NCBI GenBank assembly: GCA_951406725.2
Contig: OX597829.1
Span: 24,428,001-24,492,000, forward strand
DNA: 64,000 bases
DNA from: Octopus vulgaris
Taxonomy: Eukaryota
Direction: 5' to 3'
Of the stretch, positions 1-11,724 are shown one piece after another. Under the pieces are notes generated by a model. That model searched no databases, was not told the origin of the DNA, and was given only the letters and a program-made list of their open reading frames with translations. Each line of letters begins with the position of its first letter. Within the stretch, counting starts at the first letter, position 1. Made by a program: the position numbers and the translations under genes.

Positions 1-716
1 ACAAAACCGAACTGCATCTCATCTAAGCAAATTCTCTCCCTAATGAGATGGGTTATGACCCTCTCTGTGACCTTCATCACTTGATCCAACAGTTTAATTC
101 CCCTGTAGCTATTTCTATCTAGAGCATCACCCTTACCCTTGTAGCAGTTGACTATGGTGCTGCTATGCCAGTCATTGGGTATGACTCTATTATGAACTAC
201 CTGGTTTACAATGCGGGTGACTAGGCCATAGCCCACATAACCAGCTGTTTTAAGCATCTCAGCAGTGATTCCTGATGGGCCGGGGGCTTTACCTGGTTTC
301 ATACCCTTAATTGCCTTAACTACAAGGGAGCTGTCTATTCGGATAGCTGGTCCCTCTACTGGCTCAACATTTGGCAGCCTCTCCTCCTCCCATTCATTCT
401 CCACATTCAGCAGTCTTTCATAGTGGCTTTTCCAAGCCTCTTTCTTTTCACCAACATTAAAAGCAAGTGCCTCATCATCCATGCGGACACATTTCTCTCC
501 TGTAACATCACTATTTTCTCTCACACACAGTCTAGCAATCCGAAACACCTCAGCTCTTTGGTCCTCACGTCGCTGGACATTGGCAAACTTCTTTTCTGCT
601 ACATCTTTGGCTATGTATACCTGCCGCCCAGCCTCCTTTTTGGCTACTTGGTACAGTTCCCTGCTACCCCCATCCCTCCAGGCTTTCCAGGCCTGTTTCT
701 TTGCACTAATGGCTTT
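1..716 (-). mobile_element. RTE-clade LINE fragment (5'-truncated second copy, runs off the window start)
   Basis: Highly similar to 8431-9127. Ends at a (TA)n tract at about 717. Retains DEMQFGFV where the other copy is deleted. Confidence 0.9.
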
Positions 717-1494
717 ATATATATATATATATATATATATATGAGGACACCAAAATCTTTTGACCTCTATGGGTTTTAAACCAGCCTTGATTATATGCAA
801 TCAATTAGTGTAGTAATAATCATTATACAATGGAAAAGGGGAACTTTAGAGATAAGAATTTATAGAGCATCAAATTGTAAGATCAGTCTATGAAATTAGA
901 GAGAGAGACAACACAATTGATCCATGGTAGCCTTAGTCTAGATGAAATATAGATCAGCTGTATGTTTGGAAGAGGCACCACACTGAATCTTCCTGAGAAC
1001 TACGTTAAGGGTACACGTGTCTGTGGAGTGCTCAGCCACTTGCATGTTAATTTCATGAGCAAGCTGTTCCATTGTTCGTATCAGCTGGGACCCTTGTCGT
1101 CACAGCCGACGGAGTGCTCTTATAAGGAAAATTAGTGTAGACAAATGGCTTGGGAGGTTTGTACGAGTTGCCATTTTATGAGACCATCTGTTTTTTTATG
1201 GGATAGTTTTGGACAAATGACTTTGTAAATTGTACGGCAATTTGCATTTCTATAGAATTTGAAATTTCTTTTAGGAAATATATTTGTGTGCATAGTTGGA
1301 TAGGAGAGTGTGGTTAGTCAATATGTTGCTATCTGGAACTGTGAGGATGTCTGATCTGCCTGTGGTGGTTGTAAATGATGAATGCTTTTCAATTATAAAA
1401 GCCCATGTTTGTAGTGTGTGTGTGTGTGTGTGTGAATTTGTATTTCTGTACAATTTTATTGGAAAATATATTTATGAGTGGATGGGTGCATGTG

Positions 1495-1675
1495 TGTTCC
1501 CCAGGTGGATGGGATGCCAGTCCATCGCAGCATTACTCATTTTTGCCAGCTGAGTGGACTGGAGCAACTTGAAATGAAGTGTTTTGCTCAAGAACACGTG
1601 TCGCCCAGTCCAGGAATCGAAACCACAATCTTACGATCATGATGCAGACACCCTAACCACTAAGCTATGCGCCTC
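1495..1675 (-). mobile_element. tRNA-derived SINE (family with gtgttcttgagcaaaacacttcatttcac body)
   Basis: Minus-strand head GGCGCATAGCTTAGTGGTTAGG...GTTTCGATTCC (A/B boxes). Related copies at about 30148-30488, 36265-36460 and 62500-62610. Confidence 0.7.
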
Positions 1676-1942
1676 TACACTATATTTTTTAAACTTAAAT
1701 ATTATTAAGAATTGTATTTAAAAAATTATTAAAATATTTTGTTTATTATAGAAGTATAACCAATTTATTGCAGGTAAATTTTAACAATAAAATCTTATAT
1801 GGACCCTGGTTGAGAATCACTGGGCAAGGATTTTATGTAAATTTTTAATACATACACAAACAAATGCAGGTGTGGGCAGGTGTGTTATACACACACAAAT
1901 ATATATTCACACACACACACACACACATATATATATACATAC

Positions 1943-2585
1943 CAGTGGCGTGCGGTGACTTCCAGGGTTGGGCATGCAATGAATTTCTCATTATGATGTT
2001 GCATGCTTTGATTTTTACATGCATCTAATTGTAAGTCTATGCGAACATTTTTGAATATTTTAAGATCTATCAAAGATTTTATATGCCTTTGAGAACGCTT
2101 GTGCTTTAACATAGCCATATGTAAATTATTTAATTCATCATAGACTTGTGGGTATTATGCGGTCATCTCAAAGCATGACATGCCACTGAGAGAGAGAGAG
2201 GAAGGAGGGACAAACTAACAAAGAGACAGAGAGGGAGGTCAGCGGGTCTTCTCAAAGCATGACGAGCCACTAAGAGAGAGAGGAAGGGGGTAAAAATATT
2301 TCAAATGCCCTATCCTCTTAGCATATCTTTCAAACAAGTCACTAAGAGAGAGAGATAAAGGAAGGACAAACTGAGACAGAGAGGGAGTGTCTGTCATGCA
2401 GGTCTTCTCAAAGCATGACTTCTCAAAGCAAAAGTCACTGAGAGAGGAGAAGGGGAGACAAAATATTTCCAAAACAACTGGACGGATTTTTTTTGAAACA
2501 AAGTAACTATTTTATTTAATTTTCCGATGATATGGATAAAAAAATCACAAGGCATGCAACGCATACCTGAGAGTGCAAGCCCCTG
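1943..2585. mobile_element. hAT-like non-autonomous DNA transposon
   Basis: Imperfect termini CAGTGGCGTGC / GCAAGCCCCTG flanked by an 8-bp direct repeat ATACATAC (1935-1942 and 2586-2593). Internal GA-rich tandem units at about 2160-2470. Confidence 0.6.
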
Positions 2586-2896
2586 ATACATACACACACA
2601 CATATATACATACATAAATACATATATACATATTTGCATGCACACACAAACACACACAGCATACAATATTCCTTTCAACTTCCCATCATATTATCACAAG
2701 ACAATAATAGAAAATGTTTCTTTTAGTATTTTCCATTTCAAGAACAAAGAAGGTTACCTTGACACAATTCTAGCAGCAGCAGCAGCAGAAACAAAACCAC
2801 TAGAAACTACTTCTTACAGAAATGTCTTGTGGCACAATTTTATATACCAATGTGTGTGCACGTGTGTAATGTATGTGTATATATGTATGTATATAA

Positions 2897-2950
<54 letters not shown>

Positions 2951-3164
2951 AAATAAGAAAATGGAGAAATACATCCAAATCAAATATCAATTACCAGATA
3001 ATACCCAATCACATACTTTATTAAACCACTACATAAGAAACTTTAAGGTCAAATATAATAATATAGAACAAAACAGTGTACATAAAGGAGTAATATGATA
3101 CAATAAGTACAATCTGTATAAGAGAATATAAATATAAATAAATATAAATATAAATATAAACTAC

Positions 3165-3291
3165 ATCTTACAGCTGTTTCGGCCATGCAGATAAGTATGT
3201 CTCATTTTACTTATATTAGCCATATGTGGTAGGTCAATATGTAGTTATAAATGAGACATTTACAAAAATATTCTAAGGCCTCTTCGGAGAT
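3165..3291 (-). ncRNA. Degenerate type I hammerhead ribozyme motif (Penelope-type)
   Basis: Minus strand reads ATCT-CCGAAGA-GGCC-(about 92 nt)-GGCC-GAA-ACAGCTGT-A-AGAT. Stem I is ATCT/AGAT, stem III is palindromic, and core U4 is changed to C. Confidence 0.6.
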
Positions 3292-4631
3292 TATGAAATA
3301 CAAACCAAATTACCTATATACTCATATAAGTGTAGGTACATACCCATAATAAATCATATACATATACATATGAGTGCATATACTCATACTCCTATACATA
3401 TATATATACATAATAATATAAATAATATAAATCAATAAACATACATATGTTCCATATTCAATGTTACAGTTTTTCAACTTAATATTATGATATTACAATG
3501 TAGAAAACATACACATATTAATACCCAAATGCAGATATACAGAGTCAAGAGTACATTATATTAATTTATATTAATTTACAAAATGTCATTAATGTTAACA
3601 TCATTACTATTATCATTACCACTAATGCTACCAATATCATTATTCCTATTATTAATAACACTAATACTAGCAAAACAATATATAGATCACATTATTAGCA
3701 ATATAATAGTAAAACCAAGGACCACAATAGTACTACAGTACCATGCAAAGCATTAAATATCTGCATATACATACAAAATAAGAAAGAAAAGCATTCGGTT
3801 TACACGATATTAAGTTCCACAGGTGTATAGATGTACATATGAGTGCAAATTTATAATTTCAATTGTGACACAAATACAGTATTACGTTCAGAAATAGTTA
3901 CGAATCGAACGCTAAAATATGATTGGCTTGTACTTTTAAATTTAAATTACAATTGTCTTCTTTATGGTTGGTTTGTTAAGAAACATCCACACACACACAC
4001 TTGCAAACGTGCGCCCACACGCACATACACAGACAAATCACAACATAAGACATACCAGCCCACACACACATACACACACATGCTTACATACAAATCTACT
4101 CACATATATCCATAAAAATGCGTACATGCAAGCACACAGACATCTATACCTAGTCGAAGTACGTTATTATCATAAGATACATAATTAAAATAACACCGTA
4201 TATTTTGTAAACAAATTATCTTGCCACTGAAACTTCTATATCGTTACATTTCTACTGTGTTTCTATTCAAACTTTCACCAATAAACCAGCACAGGCATGG
4301 GAAAACTATACCAACATTTATACACACACATAATCTGCACATATCCATAAACATTTATACACTCGCATGCATTGTGTCTGCAAACATTCGCAAATACATA
4401 TATACATATTTAAATATGCATTTGCGTACTCATACGTATAAGAAAAACATATACATATATATCCACCCATGAATATACATATACATACAAAAACATACAT
4501 ACATATACATATACATATGAACACATTTCGACATATCCACATATATTTACTAAATTACAAAATATATGTCTGCCCATCAAAGGACGTATAAATACATACA
4601 CAATAAGTTAACAGAAATTACTATTAATTAA

Positions 4632-5707
4632 CCCTTTCGTTACTATATTTCTGACAAAAATACACTCCTTATGCGTTTCAATTAATTTCTAACAATCATA
4701 AATTTAGTCTGGTTTCATTAAACAACTATAACTTTTTTATTTATCAATATATTAATTTGATTTTTGGAAGATAATTTAATGAAATGTTCTCAACCAATTC
4801 TATACTATAATTTTTGTCACAAAGTGACTCTAATTGCAGGTAGATACAGGTAAATTCAACAAAATATAAAATTTTGTTCAAACATCGCTATAGAAAATGG
4901 GTTATTAGCTAATATTCAATTGGGTATACAACAAAATTTTACGATAGAATTTGTTATTCTGGGTAACTTTCTGATACCCATAATAATATTTATGGCAAAA
5001 TAGTCTTAATTTCATTTAAGGTTGTGGGAAACCACTAACTATCCTTTCTTTCGCTTTGTTTACATTTAGCGTAACGGTTCGTTTCCGCCATAATGATTTC
5101 AAATAGGCTCATTCAAAAAAGTAAAAAGAAATAGTCTAAGGCTTTACTCTCCTGGGAAAGTCTGTGGCTTGGTCTAGTTTCTTCAGAAAAATCATCGAAA
5201 GAAACAGTTTTTAAATTTTCACTCCATTCAGGTGCCAATTCATTTTCTTTATCGCTGTCGGAGCTCTCGGATTCACTGTTTTCACTTTCGGAAAATGAAA
5301 GATGAGATTCATTATCAAACACCACATGCTTTTTTTTATTTCAGTCATAGAGTTAGATTTATGAAGGTCTTCAGTAGAAAATCCTTTGAATTCTGACTCG
5401 CTGCTTGATATAATGAAATTCGTATCCATTTTTTGTCAGAATTACAAATTTTGAAAACACAATAGGAACAAATTTCGGAAAAAAATCTCCCAAAATTCAC
5501 GGAATTAAAATTACACTTCGATTGTTGTACAAAACTTTAGTTGAACTGTTTATGAAGTATAATACGTGTTTTCACGAATGTACTAAAGAGATTTGCTCTG
5601 ATATTCTCACTTAAATATGAATAGGTAAATACAGGCGGGTTTGGGCGGTTTGGTCACATTAACCAAAATTTTTTCGGGTGGCTTTGGGCGGTTTGGTAAC
5701 AAAAGGG
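4632..5707 (-). mobile_element. Internally deleted piggyBac transposon
   Basis: TTAA|CCCTTTCGTTAC...GTAACAAAAGGG|TTAA. Frameshifted acidic N-terminus followed by ALDYFFLLF/SLFEIIMAETNRYAK, typical of the start of the piggyBac transposase core. Confidence 0.85.
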
Positions 5708-6312
5708 TTAAGATATAAGTAAATTAATTATAAATTAAATTAATTATAAATTAATAAGTGCAAAACAAAAATAATAAATAAATACATAAATAAGAATGAA
5801 TAAATAAATAAGAATGAATAAATAAATAAATAAAAAAATATAAATAAAAATAAATAAATAGAAATATATATATATATATATGTATAGATAAATAGATAAA
5901 TAAAATAAAATACAAATTGAGATGAGTACAAAAATAAACTTAATATATAAGGCTGCCAAACAAATACATGCAAAAACTTATATGCTCATCCAAAATAAAC
6001 AACATATACTAGTTATAGACCCACATTTGTTACATATTGGTATAACAAAAACCCAAACCAGCACCCTAAGATATGATGCGCATATACACCCTACACCCGT
6101 GGAAAACTCCGTGAATATCAGAATATCATGTATATATCAAAATACATATATATTTCAGTATATTTTTCAAGCCGGGACAAAAACAATCAATATAGAACAT
6201 ATATATGGAGATACAAAATTATAAAGACCAATAGTACAATCCTATATAGAGGAATGTTAAAAGATTACTGGTAGAAAAAATAGGTGCTATTTAAATCTAG
6301 AGAAAGTATACG

Positions 6313-6620
6313 CTAATTTGTGAAGGCAAAAGAATTTCGCTCGTTAATGTTATTAACAATGGGTAGGCCAGCTTTGATGATGAAGAAAATTTCATTGATA
6401 CATAAAGAGCATTTTTTATTTCTACTATTGTATACAGGTGCAGAAGTTAGTATTTCCCAATCTAATTTAAAATCTATGTTCTTACTCTTGAGTTCCCAAA
6501 TATACGTACTTAACCCCGTAGAATTCATCCTATTTTTACTTTTAAAAGTATATCTATGATAGTTTAGCCGTTGTTTCATACTATCTTTAGTGCACCAATG
6601 TACACCCTACTGTTATATTG
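6313..6620 (-). mobile_element. Penelope-like element GIY-YIG endonuclease C-terminal remnant
   Basis: RVYIG (frameshift) then KQRLNYHRYTF...STGLSTYIWELK...WEILTSAPVYNSRNKKCSLCINE...NERN, a recognisable PLE GIY-YIG tail. Confidence 0.75.
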
Positions 6621-6802
6621 CTCAAGGTTGTAACCTATTGAACCCCATCCAACCCATGCTAACATGGAACATGGGTATTAAAATGATGATGATGACAACA
6701 AAATGAAGCACAGAAGAAGATGGAGAGAAACTAGAAACAAAAAGATTAAGAAATACTAAAAGGAGACGTAAATAAACTTTGTAATTTTTGGTAGTAATAT
6801 AT

Positions 6803-9800
6803 ATCATCATCATCGTTTAACGTCCGTTTTCCGCGCTAGCACGGGTTGGACGGTTCGACCAGGGTCTGGGAAGCCAGGGGCTGCACCAGGCTCCAGTCTG
6901 ATCTGGCAGTGTTTCTACATCTGGATGCCCTTCCTAACGCCAACCACTCCGCGAGTGTAGTGGGTGCTTTTTACGTGCCACCTGCACAGGTGCCAGGGGG
7001 GTCTGGCATCGGCCACGATCGGTTGGTGCTTTTAATGTGCCACTGGCACGGAAGCCAGCCAAGGCGGCGCTGGCATCGGCCACGTTCGGATGGTGCTTTT
7101 TATGTGCCACCGGCACAGAAGCAAGTCGAGGCGGCGCTGGCAACGGCCATGTTCGGATGGTGCTTTTTATGTGCCACCGGCACAGGTATCACAACTACTA
7201 TTTCTATTTATTTCGATGTTCATGTACTTGACTCAACAGGTCTCCTCAAGCACAGCGAGATGTTCTGGGATCCAAAGTACTTTGAATGAGCAGGGGCTAT
7301 GCGGAACTGGTGCAGGAAGCAGCCTGGGTTTTTGCAGTCACAGCATATCTCCAGAGATCTCGGTCCTTCACCATTGCCTCAGTGAGGCCCAACGCTCTGA
7401 GGTCATGCTTGACTACCTCATCCCATGTCTTCCTGGGTCTACCTCTCCCCCTGATTCCTTCAACTGTTTGGGAGCGGCACTTCTTCACACATCTCTTCTC
7501 ATCCATCCGCAGTACATGACCATACCATCGCTCTTACACACCACATCTCATGCTACTTATGTCTAGCATTTCTCTCAGGGTGCTTACACTCTGTCGTGCA
7601 TTCACACTGACATTACATATCCAGCGGATCATGCTAGCTTCATTTCTTTCAAGTATACACATGTCCTCTGCAGTCACGTCCCATGTTTCACTACCGTGAA
7701 GCATGGCAGTTTGCACACATGCATCATACAATCTACCTTTCACTCTGAGTTAGAGATCCTTTGTCGCCAGTAGTGGTAGGAGCTTTCTGAACTTTGCCCA
7801 GGCTATTCGTATTCTAGTGGTGACACTCTCTGAGCATCCACCTCCACTACTAACTTGGTCACCCAGGTAGCGGAAACTATCGACTACTTCTAGTTTCTCC
7901 CCCTGGAGTGTGATGGAATCTGTTTTCTGAGTATTTGTAGTGTCTATTGTCCCTGTGCATCTGCCGCACATGAAAGCTATCTTATCAGTTAATTTCCCTT
8001 TGATGTTGCTGCACCTCTTATGTGTCCATAGCTTACACTGGGTGCATCTTATGGAGTTTCTACCTACACCTTTCCTACAGATCGAGCAGGGCCACCTGCC
8101 TGATGGGGTGTGTGCTGAGTTCGCCTTTCTGCTTACTATAACTTTGGTCTTCGCTACATTTACTCTAAGGCCCTTTGATTCTAACCCTTGTCTCCACACC
8201 CGAAATTTCTTTTCTAGTTTCGGTAGTGATTCTGCTATGAGAGCCAGTTCATCAGCATAGAGGAGCTCCCAGGGGCAACCTGTTTTGAATTCCTCATTTA
8301 TTATTTGGAGGACTATGATGAATAAAAGGGGACTGAGGGCTGAGCCTTGGTGTACATCTACTTCTACCCGGAATTCTTCACTATATTTGTTGCCAATCCT
8401 AACCTTGCTGACAGCCTCTCTGTATAGGGCCTGCATCTCATCTAAGCAAATTCTCTCCCTAATGAGATGGGTTATGACCCTCTCTGTGATCTTCATTACC
8501 TGATCCAACAGTTTAATACCCCTGTAGTTATTTATATCTAGAGCATCACCCTTACCCTTGTAGCAGTTGACTATGGTGCTGCTACGCCAGTCATTGGGTA
8601 TGACTCCATTATGAACTACCTGGTTTACAATACGGGTGACTAGGCCATAGCCCACATAACCAATTGTTTTAAGCATCTCAGCAGTGATTCCTGATGGGCC
8701 GGGGGCTTTACCTGGTTTCATACCCTTAATTGCCTTAACTACAAGGGAGCTGTCTATTTGGATAGCTGGTCCCTCTACTGGGTCAACATTTGGCAGGCTC
8801 TCCTCCTCCCATTCATTCTCCACATTCAGCAGTCTTTCATAATGGCTTCTCCAAACATCTTTCTTTTCACCAACATTAAAAGCAAGTGCCCCATCATCCA
8901 TGCGGACACATTTCTCTCCTGTAACATCACTATTTTCTCTCACACACTGTCTAGCAATCCGAAATACCTCAGTTCTTTGGTCCTCACATCGCTGGACATT
9001 GGCAAACTTCTTCTTTTCTGCTATATCTTTGGCTATGTATACCTGCCGCCCGGCCTCCCTTTTGGCTATTTGGTACAGTTCCCTGCTACCCCCACCCTTC
9101 CAGGCCTGTTTGTTTGCACTAATGGCTTCGTCTACTGCACTATTCCACCACCACGTAACTCTAGGTCTGGAAGGGACTTTGCACCATCCACAGACTAGGT
9201 CTGTGGCACTCAGCAAGCTGTCCCGTAGGAATTTCCAGCTACCTTCTATGTCCGACGTCTGTAGCTCCTCCTCTCTCTCATCAAATTTCTTGATGAGGAT
9301 GTCCCTAAATCTCTGACCATGTGAAGGGTTCTTTAGCTTCCAAATCCTTCTTTTCTGGATTGGTCTGTTTCTTGGAGTCCTGGCCTCAAGCCTAAAGTCA
9401 CTAATGATTAGCCTATGCTGAGGGATACATTCTTCACCCGGGAGGATCTTTGTATTTAAGAGCAACCCTGCATCCCGCTGTCTGGTGAGGATGAAGTCTA
9501 TTTGGCTAGCGGAGTCTCCTGACTGATAAGTTATAAGGTGGCAGTCAGGCTTCCTGAAGTTAGTGTTGCAGATTAAAAGGTTACATGCATCACAGAATTC
9601 CAGTAGTCTAGTTCCCTCATCATTTCTGATGCCAATACCATGGCCATCGTGTACCCCAGTGAAGATACCCGATTCCCGCCCAACATGCCCATTAAAGTCT
9701 CCACCCACAAAGATGAGGTCCTTGCCACTAGTCTTTGAGGTAGCCTGTAGAAGGGTATCATAAAAGTGGTCCTTCTGATCATTTGGTAGCCCCGCATGTG

Positions 9801-11220
9801 GGGCATAGGTGGAGATAATCGTAGCTGTGCCACTCTGTAGGACTAACCTGAGCTTAAGCACTCTATCGCAAACCCTGACAACCTCTATGACCTTATCCAT
9901 CCATTTCTCCGCAAGGAGAATGCCTACACTCCCTACAACATCCATGTTACCTTGCCAGAAGACTTTATACCTATGTGCCTTGCCTGTGAGGACTCTAGCT
10001 GAAGCACTTCTTACCTCTTGTATGCAGCATACACCAACCCATCTTCTCTCAAGCATCTCTACAATCTCACTAGACCTACTTTTCAGTGTACCAACATTGA
10101 CAGTGCCAACTCTGAAAACTGGGAAGGAGACGTGGGGAGGAGGGGTGCAATTCAGCGCCTGAAAAGAAGAGGGTTGTTGTGGTGGTGATCGTTTTTTAGG
10201 CATTTTTCGACTGATCTCTCTTCTGACCTGACAACATTCAAGCATTTAAGCATGTGTTAGCAGCATTGTAAGCATAAGCATTAAGGTCATTGATGATGTA
10301 GATGTAAGCTCTGTGGTAGAAATACTGAAATTCTAGGTGTTAGTAGTATTCTAAGCAAGCATTATGGTCATTGAGCAATGTGGTTTAAGCAGTGTAGCAG
10401 AAACATGGATATTCTAGAGATGGGGTGGGGTGGGGGTTCCAGCAGGGAGAAGAGAGAGAGTGAGGGGAGGAAATGGGGAAGAGAGTGCAGGCAATATAGG
10501 GGAGCACCAGTGGCGAGGGGTGTTAGGAGAAACGATGACAGGTAGGGGTGGTGGCAGTTTCTAGACAAAATTAAACATAGGATATCACGAGAGAGGGAGG
10601 GACTGGAAGGAGGGGAAGATAAGCAGGGGTAATACATAGTGAAATAGCATATTGAGGAGGAGGGGTTCAAGGAGTAGACACACATAATGGTGGTGGGAGA
10701 AGGGATATCCGGTATAGATGGAGTAAATATATAGAGAGATATCTGGTATTGGTGGTTGGGGTGGGAAAGGGCGGTTGCACCGCGAATGGCGAAGTTTTGA
10801 TTCAGGAGAGAGCGGCAGATATATGGAAAGAGAAGAATTAGGCAAACGGGGTTTGACAACGTACAAATTATCGTAGAGAGCGAGCAAAGGACAAAGTAAT
10901 ATGGAGAAAGGAAGAAAGAAGGAAAGAAAGAAGAAATTATCAGCACATAGGGACGAATTATTACGAGATAGGACTGAAAATGAAAAGATTATATTTTGGG
11001 AGACAATATCAACAGCTTAGCTCACGAAAAGAAACAACAAGCAGATTAGTAAATAGATAATACATTTTTTAGTGTTAGTGGCGAATGTAGTACGAGTGGT
11101 CAAGAAGTGAAATGAGGAATTCTTAGCTTATCTAGCTTCGGACATCGCTGCTCGATGAATATGGAGCACATGGGGGTAGGATATCCAGGGGTAACGCAGT
11201 TACGATTGTTTCATGCAACT
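6803..11220 (-). mobile_element. Near-full-length, inactivated RTE-clade LINE (APE endonuclease, RT and PHD finger)
   Basis: ORF 10245-7750 carries VGTVNVGTL, CCIQEV, GDFNGHVG, SQIDFIL (APE) and KAPGPSG, YRGIKLL, HQGSALSP, LLYADE (RT). It continues by frameshift in 7743-7534 and 7506-7297 (RGRGRPRKTW). A 3' region with tandem repeats and a (GAT)n tail extends to about 6803. The 5' boundary is approximate. Confidence 0.88.
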
Positions 11221-11406
11221 CCATTTAATTGAACAATGCAATCATTACATTAATTTAAAATGTAGAGCAATCTTCAATTGCACAAAGACATAGAATTTAA
11301 TTAAATTAGAACAGATGGACACATTAGTATAATTATACCTAAAATCTCCAAGATGTTAAGGAGATAGACAAAGAACATGCTGTTCTTACTCCAGCACATA
11401 TATATA

Positions 11407-11437
<31 letters not shown>

Positions 11438-11481
11438 ATTACACAAACACACACACATGAATGTATGTAAAAAAAGCTTAC

Positions 11482-11607
11482 CTTGAAGAATGGACTATGC
11501 ATAAGATGTTTACCACTGCGTACTATAGGATCTTCATATTCATACTGCCGTTGTAAAGCTTCAGGTAACCCTTTTACAAGTGAAGCGAGAGCTGTTCCAC
11601 TGAGGGA
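11482..11607 (-). CDS. HERC2: HERC2 exon (last confident exon in window)
   Basis: tgtag|TCC...AAG|gtaagc. SLSGTALASLVKGLPEALQRQYEYEDPIVRSGKHLMHSPFFK. 126 nt, phase 0-0. The next expected exon was not found in 1-11481. Confidence 0.94.
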
Positions 11608-11724
11608 CTACAAGAGAATAAAAGAGAAACAATAAATAAGTTTTAATACCACACAGGAAATTGAGGAATGTGATTAAAGAAATTTGCAAGTCTACTCTCC
11701 CCCCAACTATATGATGGGGTTTAA

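Noticed and set aside
423-779. Plus-strand ORFs at 423-779, 7940-8260, 8758-9316 and 9809-10162
   Set aside because: They are antisense shadows of the RTE ORF.
2394-4601. Many 60-130-aa ORFs rich in YI/CV/HT repeats (also at 5740-5973, 34778-35053, 44046-44378 and 61660-61936)
   Set aside because: They are translations of (TA)n, (CA)n, (AAT)n and (CAT)n microsatellites.
6960-7190. Regularly spaced repeats resembling a CRISPR array (also at 60120-60400 and 31890-32120)
   Set aside because: The spacers are related to each other, the context is a eukaryotic intron with no cas genes, and the units belong to the RTE 3' repeat.
7750-10245. Active or domesticated 831-aa retrotransposon protein
   Set aside because: RT motif A is deleted, YADD is YADE, and the C-terminus is frameshifted.
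10368-10946. 192-aa ORF as LINE ORF1 or a host gene
   Set aside because: Low-complexity S/L/P composition from pyrimidine-rich sequence and no recognisable domain. It is probably the element's 5' UTR.
1-11481. Next constitutive HERC2 exon (VLVALACDLELD-like)
   Set aside because: No matching peptide was found by eye on the minus strand, so it is presumed to lie beyond the window start.
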